Below are positions 1 to 8,979 of a DNA stretch of 64,000 nucleotides, piece by piece; the first letter of the stretch is position 1, and each line of letters starts with the position of its first letter. The translations under genes were made by a program, and so were the position numbers. The DNA comes from Bacteroidota bacterium (GTDB lineage Bacteria > Bacteroidota > Bacteroidia > CAILMK01), in NCBI GenBank assembly GCA_026391915.1, contig JAPLCZ010000257.1, forward strand, positions 5,691-69,690, given 5' to 3'. The notes beneath the pieces were generated by a model, which saw nothing but the letters and a program-made list of their open reading frames with translations, had not been told where the DNA came from and did no database searches.

Positions 1-37
1 TTTATAAAAGTTGTCAAATCTTTAAACGCAAATTACT

Positions 38-373
38 ATGGCAATCACTTGGGATGATTTTGAAAAAGTAGAACTCTGTAGCGGAACAATTGTTAAAGCG
101 GAATCCTTCCCCGAGGCACGCAAACCCGCCTATAAACTTTGGGTGGATTTGGGGGAGACTTTAGGAATAAAAAAATCAAGTGCGCAAATAACTACGCTGT
201 ATTCTTTAGAAGAATTAATAGGGAAACAGGTGCTCTGCGTAACTAATTTTCCCCCACGACAAGTGGGTAGTTTTATGTCGGAAGTATTGGTAACAGGTTT
301 TGTGATGGAGGGTGGTGATGTGGTGCTTGCAGTGCCAGATAAAAAGGTGGAGAATGGGGTGCGGTTGGCTTAA
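38..373 (+). CDS. tRNA-binding domain protein (CsaA/YgjH-like)
   Basis: 111 aa. Motifs FEKVELCSGTIVKAESFPEARKPAYKLWVDLGE and GKQVLCVTNFPPRQV resemble the OB-fold tRNA-binding (EMAP/CsaA) family. Confidence 0.55.
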   Translation: MAITWDDFEKVELCSGTIVKAESFPEARKPAYKLWVDLGETLGIKKSSAQITTLYSLEELIGKQVLCVTNFPPRQVGSFMSEVLVTGFVMEGGDVVLAVPDKKVENGVRLA

Positions 374-453
374 ATCAATCTTAACAAAACCATAACCTAT
401 GGGGTTGGTTAAAAAAAGGTAGTTTTGCATTTGAATTCTAAAATAATTTCAAT

Positions 454-2652
454 TTGAAAAATCTACTTCTTTCTTTTTTTGTGTTGCTGAGCATTCATGC
501 TTTTGGGCAAACTTCCATCACTAAAGCACGGGTAATAGGTGCAGGCAAACCCGTAAGTATTAAAGGTATAGTAACCAACGGCAATGAACTGGGTGTGATA
601 CGATACATACAGGATGATAGTGCAGGGGTATCAGTTTATGATACCTCTCTTAGCAAAGTGCAATTGGGGGATAGCATACAAGTAACAGGTACCCTTACCG
701 ATTATAATGCACTGCTAGAAATGGCTAAAGTAAGCTCACTAAAAATACTGAGCACAGGAAATAAACTACCCGCCCCTATAAATTTAAGCCTCACCAATGC
801 CTTTGTAGAGAAATATGAAGCCATGGTTGTGCAGGTTGATAATGTTACATTTACCTCTGGAGGAACCTTTGCTGATAAAACAAATTATAAAGTAACGGAT
901 GGCACCACCACCTCCCCAGTGCGCACTGGCAATGCTACCAATTTGGCTGGGGCACCCATCCCTGCTAAAAAGGTTAGTGTTGTGGGTATCATGAGCCAAT
1001 ACAGCCCCTCCAATCCTGCCACCGGATATCAATTACTTTTAAGGAGTAAAGATGATGTAATTGCAGGGCAAGGGCCACAAATACAAACGGTTTTAATGCA
1101 AACAAACATCACTAACTCAAGCTTTGTTTTGCATTTTGCTACAGGCAAACCCGGCAGCACTATTATACAATATGGGCTTACTAAAAAATTGGAGATAGGT
1201 ACACTATCAGATTCTAACAAAACATTAGCCCATGCCATGACCCTTAAAGGGCTTTCACCAACTACCTTCTATTATGCACAAGCCATTTCAATAAATAGCT
1301 ATGGTGATAGCAGTGTAAGCGGCATACAATACTTTTCAACCTCCTCACTTTCTTCAGGGAAAATAAAGGCATTCTTTAACCTATCAGTAGATACTACGGT
1401 AGCCAAAGGCGTAAATGCAACAAGGCTCTTACGCTTAGTTGATGACACCCTTGCCGCCTACATTGGCAAAGCAAAATACACCCTTGATATCGCCATCTAT
1501 AGTTTTGATAATGCTAAACTAAGCGTTGATATCAGCAGTGCTATTAATGCCGCCTATACCAAAGGGGTTAAGGTGCGCATCATCTCTGATGGAAGTAACA
1601 AAAACGCAGCACTCAGCACCCTGAATGCAAAAATTCCTGTACTCAAAAGCCCTACAACTCAGAGCTATGGAATTATGCACAATAAATTTATGATTATTGA
1701 TGCAGCTTCCTCAAACCCTAATGAACCATTATTATGGACAGGCTCAACTAACTGGACGGATAACCAAATGTTCACAGATGCTAATAATATTATCATCTTG
1801 CAAGACCAAGCCATTGCTAAAGCATATACTCTAGAGTTTAATGAAATGTGGGGTGCGGATAGCGGAGCTCCTGTAACTTCCAACTCAAAGTTTGGCCCTG
1901 ATAAAAGTGACAATACACCCCATCTTTTTAATCTAAAAGGTAAAATGGTAGAGGTGTATTTTAGCCCTGGAGACCATGCAGTACAACATGCAATCAGCAC
2001 TATTGATTCCGCAAAAAAGGAAATCAATTTTGCACTCAATATCCTTACAAGAACTGATGTGGCTAATGAAATAAAAAATCAGATAATCAATAAATCTGTA
2101 TTTGCACAAGGAGTAATGGATACCAATAATGGAACGGCAACCTATAAAATCCTAAGCCCTGTAATGAAGAAAAATCTCAGGGTATATAAGGGTGGTGGAA
2201 TCTTCCATCATAAATACTTTATCTTAGATGCAACTACTCCAACTGGCAATCCTGCTGTAATTACCGGCTCACATAACTGGAGTAACGCCGCAGAAAACAC
2301 TAATGACGAAAACGTAATTATAGTTCATAATGATACTATTGCAAATCTCTATTACCAAGAATGGGTGAATAGGTTTAAGGAGAATATCACAGCTGTGGAT
2401 GATGAAGATATAACAACAGTTGTAGCTCCTAAATTGTCTTACTTCTGGAGTCAAAATACATTAAATATCCTCAACCAAAACCAAATGGAAACCCAATACA
2501 TATTGATGGATATTAACGGTAAAAGAATAGCATCCACTACATTTGCAGTCGGTAATATTACCATAGAAACAGGCGCCCTTGCCAAAGGGATTTATCTGAT
2601 TATTGCTACAACTCCATCAGGAATCCAAACTTATAAAATCATAAAATACTAA
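454..2652 (+). CDS. Secreted phospholipase D superfamily enzyme (nuclease or phospholipase) with FN3-like region and T9SS C-terminal sorting domain
   Basis: N-terminal signal peptide MKNLLLSFFVLLSIHAFGQ. Two complete HKD motifs: HNKFMIID...GSTNWT and HHKYFILD...GSHNWS. C-terminal ~80 aa (KGIYLIIATTPSGIQTYKIIKY) has the typical Por-secretion tail beta-sandwich signature. Confidence 0.75.
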   Translation: MKNLLLSFFVLLSIHAFGQTSITKARVIGAGKPVSIKGIVTNGNELGVIRYIQDDSAGVSVYDTSLSKVQLGDSIQVTGTLTDYNALLEMAKVSSLKILSTGNKLPAPINLSLTNAFVEKYEAMVVQVDNVTFTSGGTFADKTNYKVTDGTTTSPVRTGNATNLAGAPIPAKKVSVVGIMSQYSPSNPATGYQLLLRSKDDVIAGQGPQIQTVLMQTNITNSSFVLHFATGKPGSTIIQYGLTKKLEIGTLSDSNKTLAHAMTLKGLSPTTFYYAQAISINSYGDSSVSGIQYFSTSSLSSGKIKAFFNLSVDTTVAKGVNATRLLRLVDDTLAAYIGKAKYTLDIAIYSFDNAKLSVDISSAINAAYTKGVKVRIISDGSNKNAALSTLNAKIPVLKSPTTQSYGIMHNKFMIIDAASSNPNEPLLWTGSTNWTDNQMFTDANNIIILQDQAIAKAYTLEFNEMWGADSGAPVTSNSKFGPDKSDNTPHLFNLKGKMVEVYFSPGDHAVQHAISTIDSAKKEINFALNILTRTDVANEIKNQIINKSVFAQGVMDTNNGTATYKILSPVMKKNLRVYKGGGIFHHKYFILDATTPTGNPAVITGSHNWSNAAENTNDENVIIVHNDTIANLYYQEWVNRFKENITAVDDEDITTVVAPKLSYFWSQNTLNILNQNQMETQYILMDINGKRIASTTFAVGNITIETGALAKGIYLIIATTPSGIQTYKIIKY

Positions 2653-2663
2653 ATATAAAAACC

Positions 2664-3617
2664 ATGAAAAAGATACTAATATGCGCCATAATGATGGCAG
2701 CAACCCAATTTGCAAAAGCCCAATGTAAAGAGCTTTTTATCTCCGAATATCTTGAAGGAAAAGGAAATGATAAAGGCGTAGAAATCTACAACCCAACAAA
2801 GGATACCGTTGACCTATCTGCTTACCGTTTGGTACGTTTTGCTAATGGCAGCACTTCAGGTTCTGATAGTTTATTGCTCAAAGGGAAATTAGGCCCATAT
2901 AAAACATGGGTAGTTATTAATGGACAGACAACAGACCAAACCTTAAGTGGTGGTGGCGTTTCACCTAAATGTGATTCTATACTTCAAACAAAAGCCAACC
3001 AATTGGATAATGCATACCCGGCACCATGTTATTTTAATGGTGACGATGCACTTGGGTTGGTGAAATTCACAACAACCACATGGGCTTTGGTAGATATTTT
3101 TGGTAAAATTGGTGAACAACCTCTAGGGCCTAAACACACTATCTCTCCTAACGGTGGTTGGTCAGATACCTATCCCTATAACTCTGGTGATGGTACTTAT
3201 TGGACTAAAGACCATGGTATGGTTCGCAAACCTTCTATCAAAAATGGCGTAAGCGTTAACCCTACATTTTTCAACCCAACTGCTGATTGGGATTCTTTAT
3301 CTGTACATGTTTGGGATAGCCTTGGTAAGCATACTTGTAATTGCAAAACAACTACAGTAGGCATTGATGAAAATATTGCTGTTACCAACTTCAGTGTTTA
3401 TCCTAATCCTATCACCACTTCTGAATTTTATATAATGCCTACCTCTTCAGTTTCTTTAGTACAAATAGCTGATGTAACAGGCAGGATTGTATATACCAAA
3501 AAGGTAACAAACTTTGGTGCAATTAAAGTTGAGTTACACAAAGAGCACGGAATTTATTTAGTAAAACTTACAGGTGATAACCTATTGCCTTTGGTGAAAA
3601 AAGTTTTGATTCCATAG
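2664..3617 (+). CDS. Lamin-tail-domain (LTD) protein with T9SS C-terminal sorting domain
   Basis: Signal peptide. LTD signature LFISEYLEGKGNDKGVEIYNPTKDTVDLSAYRL. C-terminal VYPNPITTSEFYI...GIYLVKL sorting-domain motif. Confidence 0.6.
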   Translation: MKKILICAIMMAATQFAKAQCKELFISEYLEGKGNDKGVEIYNPTKDTVDLSAYRLVRFANGSTSGSDSLLLKGKLGPYKTWVVINGQTTDQTLSGGGVSPKCDSILQTKANQLDNAYPAPCYFNGDDALGLVKFTTTTWALVDIFGKIGEQPLGPKHTISPNGGWSDTYPYNSGDGTYWTKDHGMVRKPSIKNGVSVNPTFFNPTADWDSLSVHVWDSLGKHTCNCKTTTVGIDENIAVTNFSVYPNPITTSEFYIMPTSSVSLVQIADVTGRIVYTKKVTNFGAIKVELHKEHGIYLVKLTGDNLLPLVKKVLIP

Positions 3618-3651
3618 TAGCGTAAAAACCAACATTTAAAATATCAGAGTT

Positions 3652-6531
3652 ATGAGGAGAATAATTAGTCTTCTGGTGTCCTTACTTTGTTTTATTTCTG
3701 TTTATTCTCAGAAAACATCAACCATAAAAGGAGTAGTAAAAGACGCAACAACAGGTGAACCTTTAATAGGTGCTTCTGTAAGCTATGATGTAGGGAAAGG
3801 AACAATTACAGAGTTGGATGGCTCTTATAAATTAACGCTGGATACGGGGGTTTACACTTTCACAATTTCCTTTATTGGGTACGTGGAAACAACTGCAAAA
3901 GTTAAAGCAAATAGAAACACTGTAGTAGCGGATTTTACCCTAGACATCAAACCCATGAAAGAAGTAGAAATTGTGGGAGACGTGGCAAAAATAAGGGAAA
4001 CTCCTGTGGCATTTGCCAACGTAAATGCACAACAAATAAAAGAAGAATTAGGTGCAAGAGATTTACCCATGCTCTTGAATAGTACCCCAGGCGTATATGC
4101 AACCCAAACTGGTGGTGGCAAAGGAGATTCACGAATTAATATTCGTGGGTTTGACCAAAAGAATGTTGCGGTAATGGTGGATGGCGTACCCGTAAATGAT
4201 ATGGAAAATGGCTCAGTGTTTTGGAGTAATTGGGAGGGGCTTGGTGATGTAACTCGCAGCATGCAAGTACAGCGCGGGTTAGGCGCTTCCAAACTTGCAA
4301 TTCCCTCAGTAGGTGGTACCATAAACATTATTACAAAAGGAATAGAATCCAAACCTGGAGGAAGCATAAGACAAGAAGTTGGTAGTTTTGGATTTGAAAA
4401 AACTTCCTTTGGCTACACTACAGGGCTTATCAATAAGAAATTTGGAGTTACTGTGGCAGGAAGCCATAGCACTGGCAACGGATATGTTGACCAAACCAAT
4501 TTTACTACCTGGAGCTACTTTGTAAAAGTGCAATACATTGCAGGCAAACACCTATTAAGCCTTGGAGGAAACGGCTCTCCACAACAACATCAGCAAAGGT
4601 CATTTTCTCAGCCAATGCCAGTGTTTGATAAAGCTTATGCAAAGACCTTTGGCATTGACACAGACTCCTCTTTAAAGGCATCTGGTTTTAGCAATGCAAA
4701 CCATGATGACAGAGGTTTAAAATTCAATCCTTTTTGGGGTACTTTAACCCGTGATGGCAAAACAGAAAACCTGAACGAGAAGGTCAATTTTTACCACAAG
4801 CCCCAGTTCAGTTTTTCTGATAATTGGACTATCAATGATAAATTAACTTGGTTTAATATCGCGTATCTTTCTATAGGCAATGGTGGCGGTACACAACTCT
4901 TTAATACCGCTATTACCAGAGCCCCCGAAACAGGACAATACAACTTGCAACAGGTGTATGATAACCAGATTTCTGATAAGGCTATTGATAAGTTTTATAG
5001 TTCTACTTTTCACAAATCCAGCAACATAATTCTGGCATCTAACAATGACCACAAATGGTACGGATTGCTCTCTAACATTCAATATAAAATGAATGATAAT
5101 TTTACCTTTACAGGGGGCTTGGATGTACGGAATTATCAAGGCTCACATTATAGAACTGTGTACGATTTATTAGGTGGTAATTATTTTATTGACCAAGCCA
5201 ATAATAGCCAACCCAAGATATTAGCGCCTGTTGCCCCATCCACTACGCCACGCAATGCAGCATATTCCATGAAAACCACTTGGGATAAAATTGCCTACTA
5301 TAATGATGGCTTAGTAAGATGGTTTGGGCTCTTTACTCAGGCAGAATATAAGCGCAATAATTTCAGTTGCTTTGTTACGGTTACGGTTTCGGAAACGCAG
5401 TATAAAAGAGTAGATTATTTTGCCAAAAAAGACCTCATAATTAATGGTAAAAAAATCAGTCAGGCTGTTGGTTGGGGAGATACCATGCTTTATGACGGTA
5501 CACGTTCAATCACCTATAATCAAAACAATAATTCTCAGCTAAAAAAGAAAGGTGACACTACTTTTCTGGGAACTAAATATGTGGTGAATCCTAAATCTTA
5601 TACCATGAATTCTACTGAAGCCAATACGTCTTCTACAAATTGGAGAACCTTCTTTGGCTACACTATTAAAACAGGTGCTAACTACAATTTCAATAGCCAT
5701 TTTAATGCATTCCTAAACCTAGGATATATGAGTATGGCACCTCGCTTTAATAATGTTTTTGATAATAACAATCATGAGTTTTTTGAAACAAAAAATCAGT
5801 TTGTTAAAGCCATTGAAATGGGTTTTGGAACAAGGTATTCTGGCGTTGCCACCAACCTTAATCTGTACTATACTGATTGGCAAAATAAACCCTTGGATGT
5901 TGTTAAATCCTTCACCACTCCTGATGGTACTTTCTATACCAATATCAATGGGATGAATGCCATCCACAAAGGAGTAGAGCTTGACTTTGCCTATTCTCCA
6001 CTTCCTCGTTTAAAAATAGAAGGACTTGCTTCAATAGGCGATTGGAAATACAACTCAGCCAAGAAGGTTTACATCTATGACCAGTCCGATGTATTGCGTG
6101 ATTCCGTTGATTTTTCTGCAAAGAATGTTCATGTGGGCAACGCAGCACAATCACAATTTGGTTTGGGCTTTAGGTATGAGGTTTTCAAAGGTTTTTACAT
6201 CAAACCCCGCTTCACATATTTTGGCAGACAATACTCCGCTTTTGACCCCCTTGCACTCACTATAAACTATGATAGCAAAGGCAAGCTCATTAAAGATGAC
6301 CGCGACAGAGAATCATGGAGAGTGCCTGATTATTTTCTGTTAGATGTTTACACCGGCTACGAAATTTCTCTTTGGAAAATAAGGATGAGTATTACAGCAG
6401 GGGTTATCAATATCCTCAATAAAGAATACATTGCTGATGCTACCAATGGTGGTAGTTTTAATGCGTCTTCTTCCACGGTTTTCTTTGGTGGGCCAAGGCG
6501 GTTTCAGGTTGGGGTTGGGGTGTATTTCTAA
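3652..6531 (+). CDS. TonB-dependent outer-membrane receptor (N-terminal carboxypeptidase-regulatory-like domain plus plug plus barrel)
   Basis: Signal peptide. KGVVKDATTGEPLIGASV (CarbopepD_reg-like). Plug motifs (RDLPMLLNSTPGVYATQ, INIRGFDQKNVAVMVDGVPVND). 959 aa ending in an aromatic (...VGVYF). Confidence 0.85.
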   Translation: MRRIISLLVSLLCFISVYSQKTSTIKGVVKDATTGEPLIGASVSYDVGKGTITELDGSYKLTLDTGVYTFTISFIGYVETTAKVKANRNTVVADFTLDIKPMKEVEIVGDVAKIRETPVAFANVNAQQIKEELGARDLPMLLNSTPGVYATQTGGGKGDSRINIRGFDQKNVAVMVDGVPVNDMENGSVFWSNWEGLGDVTRSMQVQRGLGASKLAIPSVGGTINIITKGIESKPGGSIRQEVGSFGFEKTSFGYTTGLINKKFGVTVAGSHSTGNGYVDQTNFTTWSYFVKVQYIAGKHLLSLGGNGSPQQHQQRSFSQPMPVFDKAYAKTFGIDTDSSLKASGFSNANHDDRGLKFNPFWGTLTRDGKTENLNEKVNFYHKPQFSFSDNWTINDKLTWFNIAYLSIGNGGGTQLFNTAITRAPETGQYNLQQVYDNQISDKAIDKFYSSTFHKSSNIILASNNDHKWYGLLSNIQYKMNDNFTFTGGLDVRNYQGSHYRTVYDLLGGNYFIDQANNSQPKILAPVAPSTTPRNAAYSMKTTWDKIAYYNDGLVRWFGLFTQAEYKRNNFSCFVTVTVSETQYKRVDYFAKKDLIINGKKISQAVGWGDTMLYDGTRSITYNQNNNSQLKKKGDTTFLGTKYVVNPKSYTMNSTEANTSSTNWRTFFGYTIKTGANYNFNSHFNAFLNLGYMSMAPRFNNVFDNNNHEFFETKNQFVKAIEMGFGTRYSGVATNLNLYYTDWQNKPLDVVKSFTTPDGTFYTNINGMNAIHKGVELDFAYSPLPRLKIEGLASIGDWKYNSAKKVYIYDQSDVLRDSVDFSAKNVHVGNAAQSQFGLGFRYEVFKGFYIKPRFTYFGRQYSAFDPLALTINYDSKGKLIKDDRDRESWRVPDYFLLDVYTGYEISLWKIRMSITAGVINILNKEYIADATNGGSFNASSSTVFFGGPRRFQVGVGVYF

Positions 6532-6541
6532 GGAAGTATTC

Positions 6542-7411
6542 TTACTTTTTAACCACGGTTTTTGTGGATAGATTCCCATCAGAATTTACCCTGATAAAAT
6601 AGATACCTCTTGGCAAATCCTTCATGTTAAATGAAGCGCTACTTTCCACCAAAGAAGTCTTGAACTCTGCCACTGTTTTCGCAGAAAAATCGGATACCTC
6701 AACAATATTATTTTCGGATTGCAGCGGGAAGACAATATTAACGTCCTCCGTAACCGGATTAGGGAATATTTTAATCCCTGATTCATTAGCATTTTTATCT
6801 TCAATTGTCGTTATCACCTTACCCGTTACTTTTACATTATTAAACTGATAATTGCTGGTAGCCAATGTTGATTTTGCCACCCAACTTATCCAGTTTTTTT
6901 TTGCAATATCTGCTTTGGCTGGTAATGAGACCGGCACGCCCCCATTGGTTTGCTGCCGCTTAGAAATCCCTAAATTATTAAAGCTGTGCGGAAGGCTATC
7001 TTAGGTCTTACCACTATCAATACTGAAATCCACGTGCAAGGTAGAAAAATTTACCCATTTGGTGCTAATTCTCTCACTCCAAATCATTTTTATATTCTTA
7101 TAACCCTTTGCCGGGATGCCTGTACTAAAGGTAACTGCCACATCAGTATTAAGCCTTATCACCTTATTATCGCACATAAAAGTGTATTGGTCTCTGGGGG
7201 ATAACGAGTCCAGTTTATTGGGCTTTTGGTTGTCAAAACTCCATGCAGAATCTGTTGCAGAATTCACCCAACCCGTTGGCAATGCGGGGGAATTCATGGA
7301 GTCCGCCACCGAATTAAAATTATTGGTGTATAAAACAATTTGGGCAGATGTTTTTTGGCTCAAACAGAAAACAGAAATGCAGGATAAAAGTACTACGGTT
7401 AAATTTTTCAT
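6542..7411 (-). pseudogene. T9SS cargo protein gene interrupted by a single in-frame TAA stop (N-terminal signal-peptide part 7001-7411, C-terminal sorting-domain part 6542-6937)
   Basis: Both ORF pieces are in the same reading frame (codon phase identical mod 3), separated only by TAA at 7001-7003. The upstream piece has a signal peptide (MKNLTVVLLSCISVFCLSQKTSAQ). The downstream piece is a lone T9SS CTD (GIYFIRVNSDGNLSTKTVVKK) that starts at GTG, not ATG. Confidence 0.45.
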
Positions 7412-7472
7412 TGCATGATTTAAAATTCAAAATTACTCCTACTTGTATTAAGAAACAATTATGAAAAACTTC

Positions 7473-8729
7473 CTATCTTTTTCTCAAATCCAGCTTCCTT
7501 AAAACTGGGTTGGCGAGGCTTATAAATCCTACAACAATTAAGGTCATGCAACCACCAATAATTACGGATGGTGCTACCCCAAACCAACGGGCAGTTACGC
7601 CACTTTCAAACTCCCCTAACTCATTGCTGCTGCCTATAAACATTGAGTTTACCGCAGCCACCCTACCACGCATATTGTCGGGGGTCATGTTTTGCAAAAT
7701 AGTACCACGAATCACCACGCTTACGTTATCCAAACCGCCGCTAAGGGCAAGCACAAAAAGAGAAAGAAAGAAATTTTGTGAGAGCCCAAAAACAATGATG
7801 CAAGCACCAAAACCTGCCACACAAATCAGGAGTTTTCTGCCAGTGTTTTTGGTGGGAGGGTAATGCGCCATTACCAATGCAGTAATCACCGCACCTGCTG
7901 CGGGTGAAGCTCTTAAAATTCCCAAACCAGCTGCGCCAATATGCAATATATCATGGGCGAAAAACGGCAACATTGCCACTGCCCCGCCAAAGAGTACGGC
8001 AAACAAATCAAGGCTCAGCGCACCCAAAATTATTTTGTTATTAAAGATAAAACGGAAGCCGGAGGTCAGGCTGTCATAAATGCTTTCTTCTTTGTTGGGG
8101 GGTAGGGGTTTTCTCTTCTTTATTTTGGTGATAAAATAAAAGGCAGCGAGGAGTAAAACCCCACAAAAAACTAATGCAGTTTGGGCATTGGCAAAGCCAT
8201 AAATAAAACCTCCTGTGGCTGGGCCTGCCACTGCCGCTACTTGCCATGCGGTGCTATTCCAAGTGGCGCCGTTGGTGTAGAGGTTTTTGGGTAATATCTG
8301 CGCAAAAAGTGAAAAGACAGATGGACCCATAAAGCCTCTTGCAAGCCCTCCTAAAAAAGAAATAGCGTAAATAAAAGAAACGTTTTTATGTGTGAAAATT
8401 TGTCCTGCATCACTAGCAATAAACAGCAAGCCCAAAGTGCAAAAAATATAAACCAGTGTGGTGAAAATAAGAATAGTTCTGCGGTCTTTTCTATCTACAA
8501 TATGGCCAGCATATAATCCCACCGCAATGGCAGGGATGATTTCTGAAAGCCCCACCAAACCAATACTTAAGGGGTCATGAGTTAGGGCATACACCATAAG
8601 GCTGATAATTACCGCCTGCATCTGCAAAGCAAAAGTGATAGAGAAACGGGCTGCAGCAAATAGGCGATATTCGGGTACTTTTAAAGCGGCATAAGGGCTG
8701 GCATCAGGCAGGGCAGTTTGCATGTGCAA
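7473..8729 (-). CDS. MFS family transporter
   Basis: 418 aa with about 12 hydrophobic segments. MFS-like motifs (GHIVDRKDRRTIL, loop GRKLL). Confidence 0.7.
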   Translation of the reverse strand: MHMQTALPDASPYAALKVPEYRLFAAARFSITFALQMQAVIISLMVYALTHDPLSIGLVGLSEIIPAIAVGLYAGHIVDRKDRRTILIFTTLVYIFCTLGLLFIASDAGQIFTHKNVSFIYAISFLGGLARGFMGPSVFSLFAQILPKNLYTNGATWNSTAWQVAAVAGPATGGFIYGFANAQTALVFCGVLLLAAFYFITKIKKRKPLPPNKEESIYDSLTSGFRFIFNNKIILGALSLDLFAVLFGGAVAMLPFFAHDILHIGAAGLGILRASPAAGAVITALVMAHYPPTKNTGRKLLICVAGFGACIIVFGLSQNFFLSLFVLALSGGLDNVSVVIRGTILQNMTPDNMRGRVAAVNSMFIGSSNELGEFESGVTARWFGVAPSVIIGGCMTLIVVGFISLANPVLRKLDLRKR

Positions 8730-8764
8730 AGGAAAGAAATCTTCTGCTCTTTTTTACAAATGGC

Positions 8765-8790
8765 AAAGCCCTGCGGTTTTGCAGGGCTCT
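8765..8790. terminator. Stem-loop AGCCCTGC-GGTTTT-GCAGGGCT
   Basis: Perfect 8-bp inverted repeat directly upstream of the MFS gene start and downstream of the tandem repeat. Function unclear. Confidence 0.3.
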
Positions 8791-8813
8791 ACTGTTTATT
8801 GATTAAGCGGAAA

Positions 8814-8977
8814 AGGCTATTGTTTTATGCGTTACAAACGCATGTTTAAATAATCCGCGTTGCAAACGCGGACTATTGGGGGCTTTGCACTATGTAGTAA
8901 GCGGAAAAAGCGTATTGTGTTATGCGTTATAAACGCATGTGTAAATAATCCGCGTTGCAAACGCGGACTATTGGGGG
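8814..8977. repeat. Two tandem copies of an ~84-bp element, each carrying two perfect hairpins (ATGCGTT-aca-AACGCAT and TCCGCGTT-gca-AACGCGGA)
   Basis: Copy 1 is 8814-8882 and copy 2 is 8898-8977, about 90% identical. Sits between the MFS gene start and the 3' end of the SBBP-protein operon. REP-like or terminator function is possible. Confidence 0.8.
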
Positions 8978-8979
8978 AT

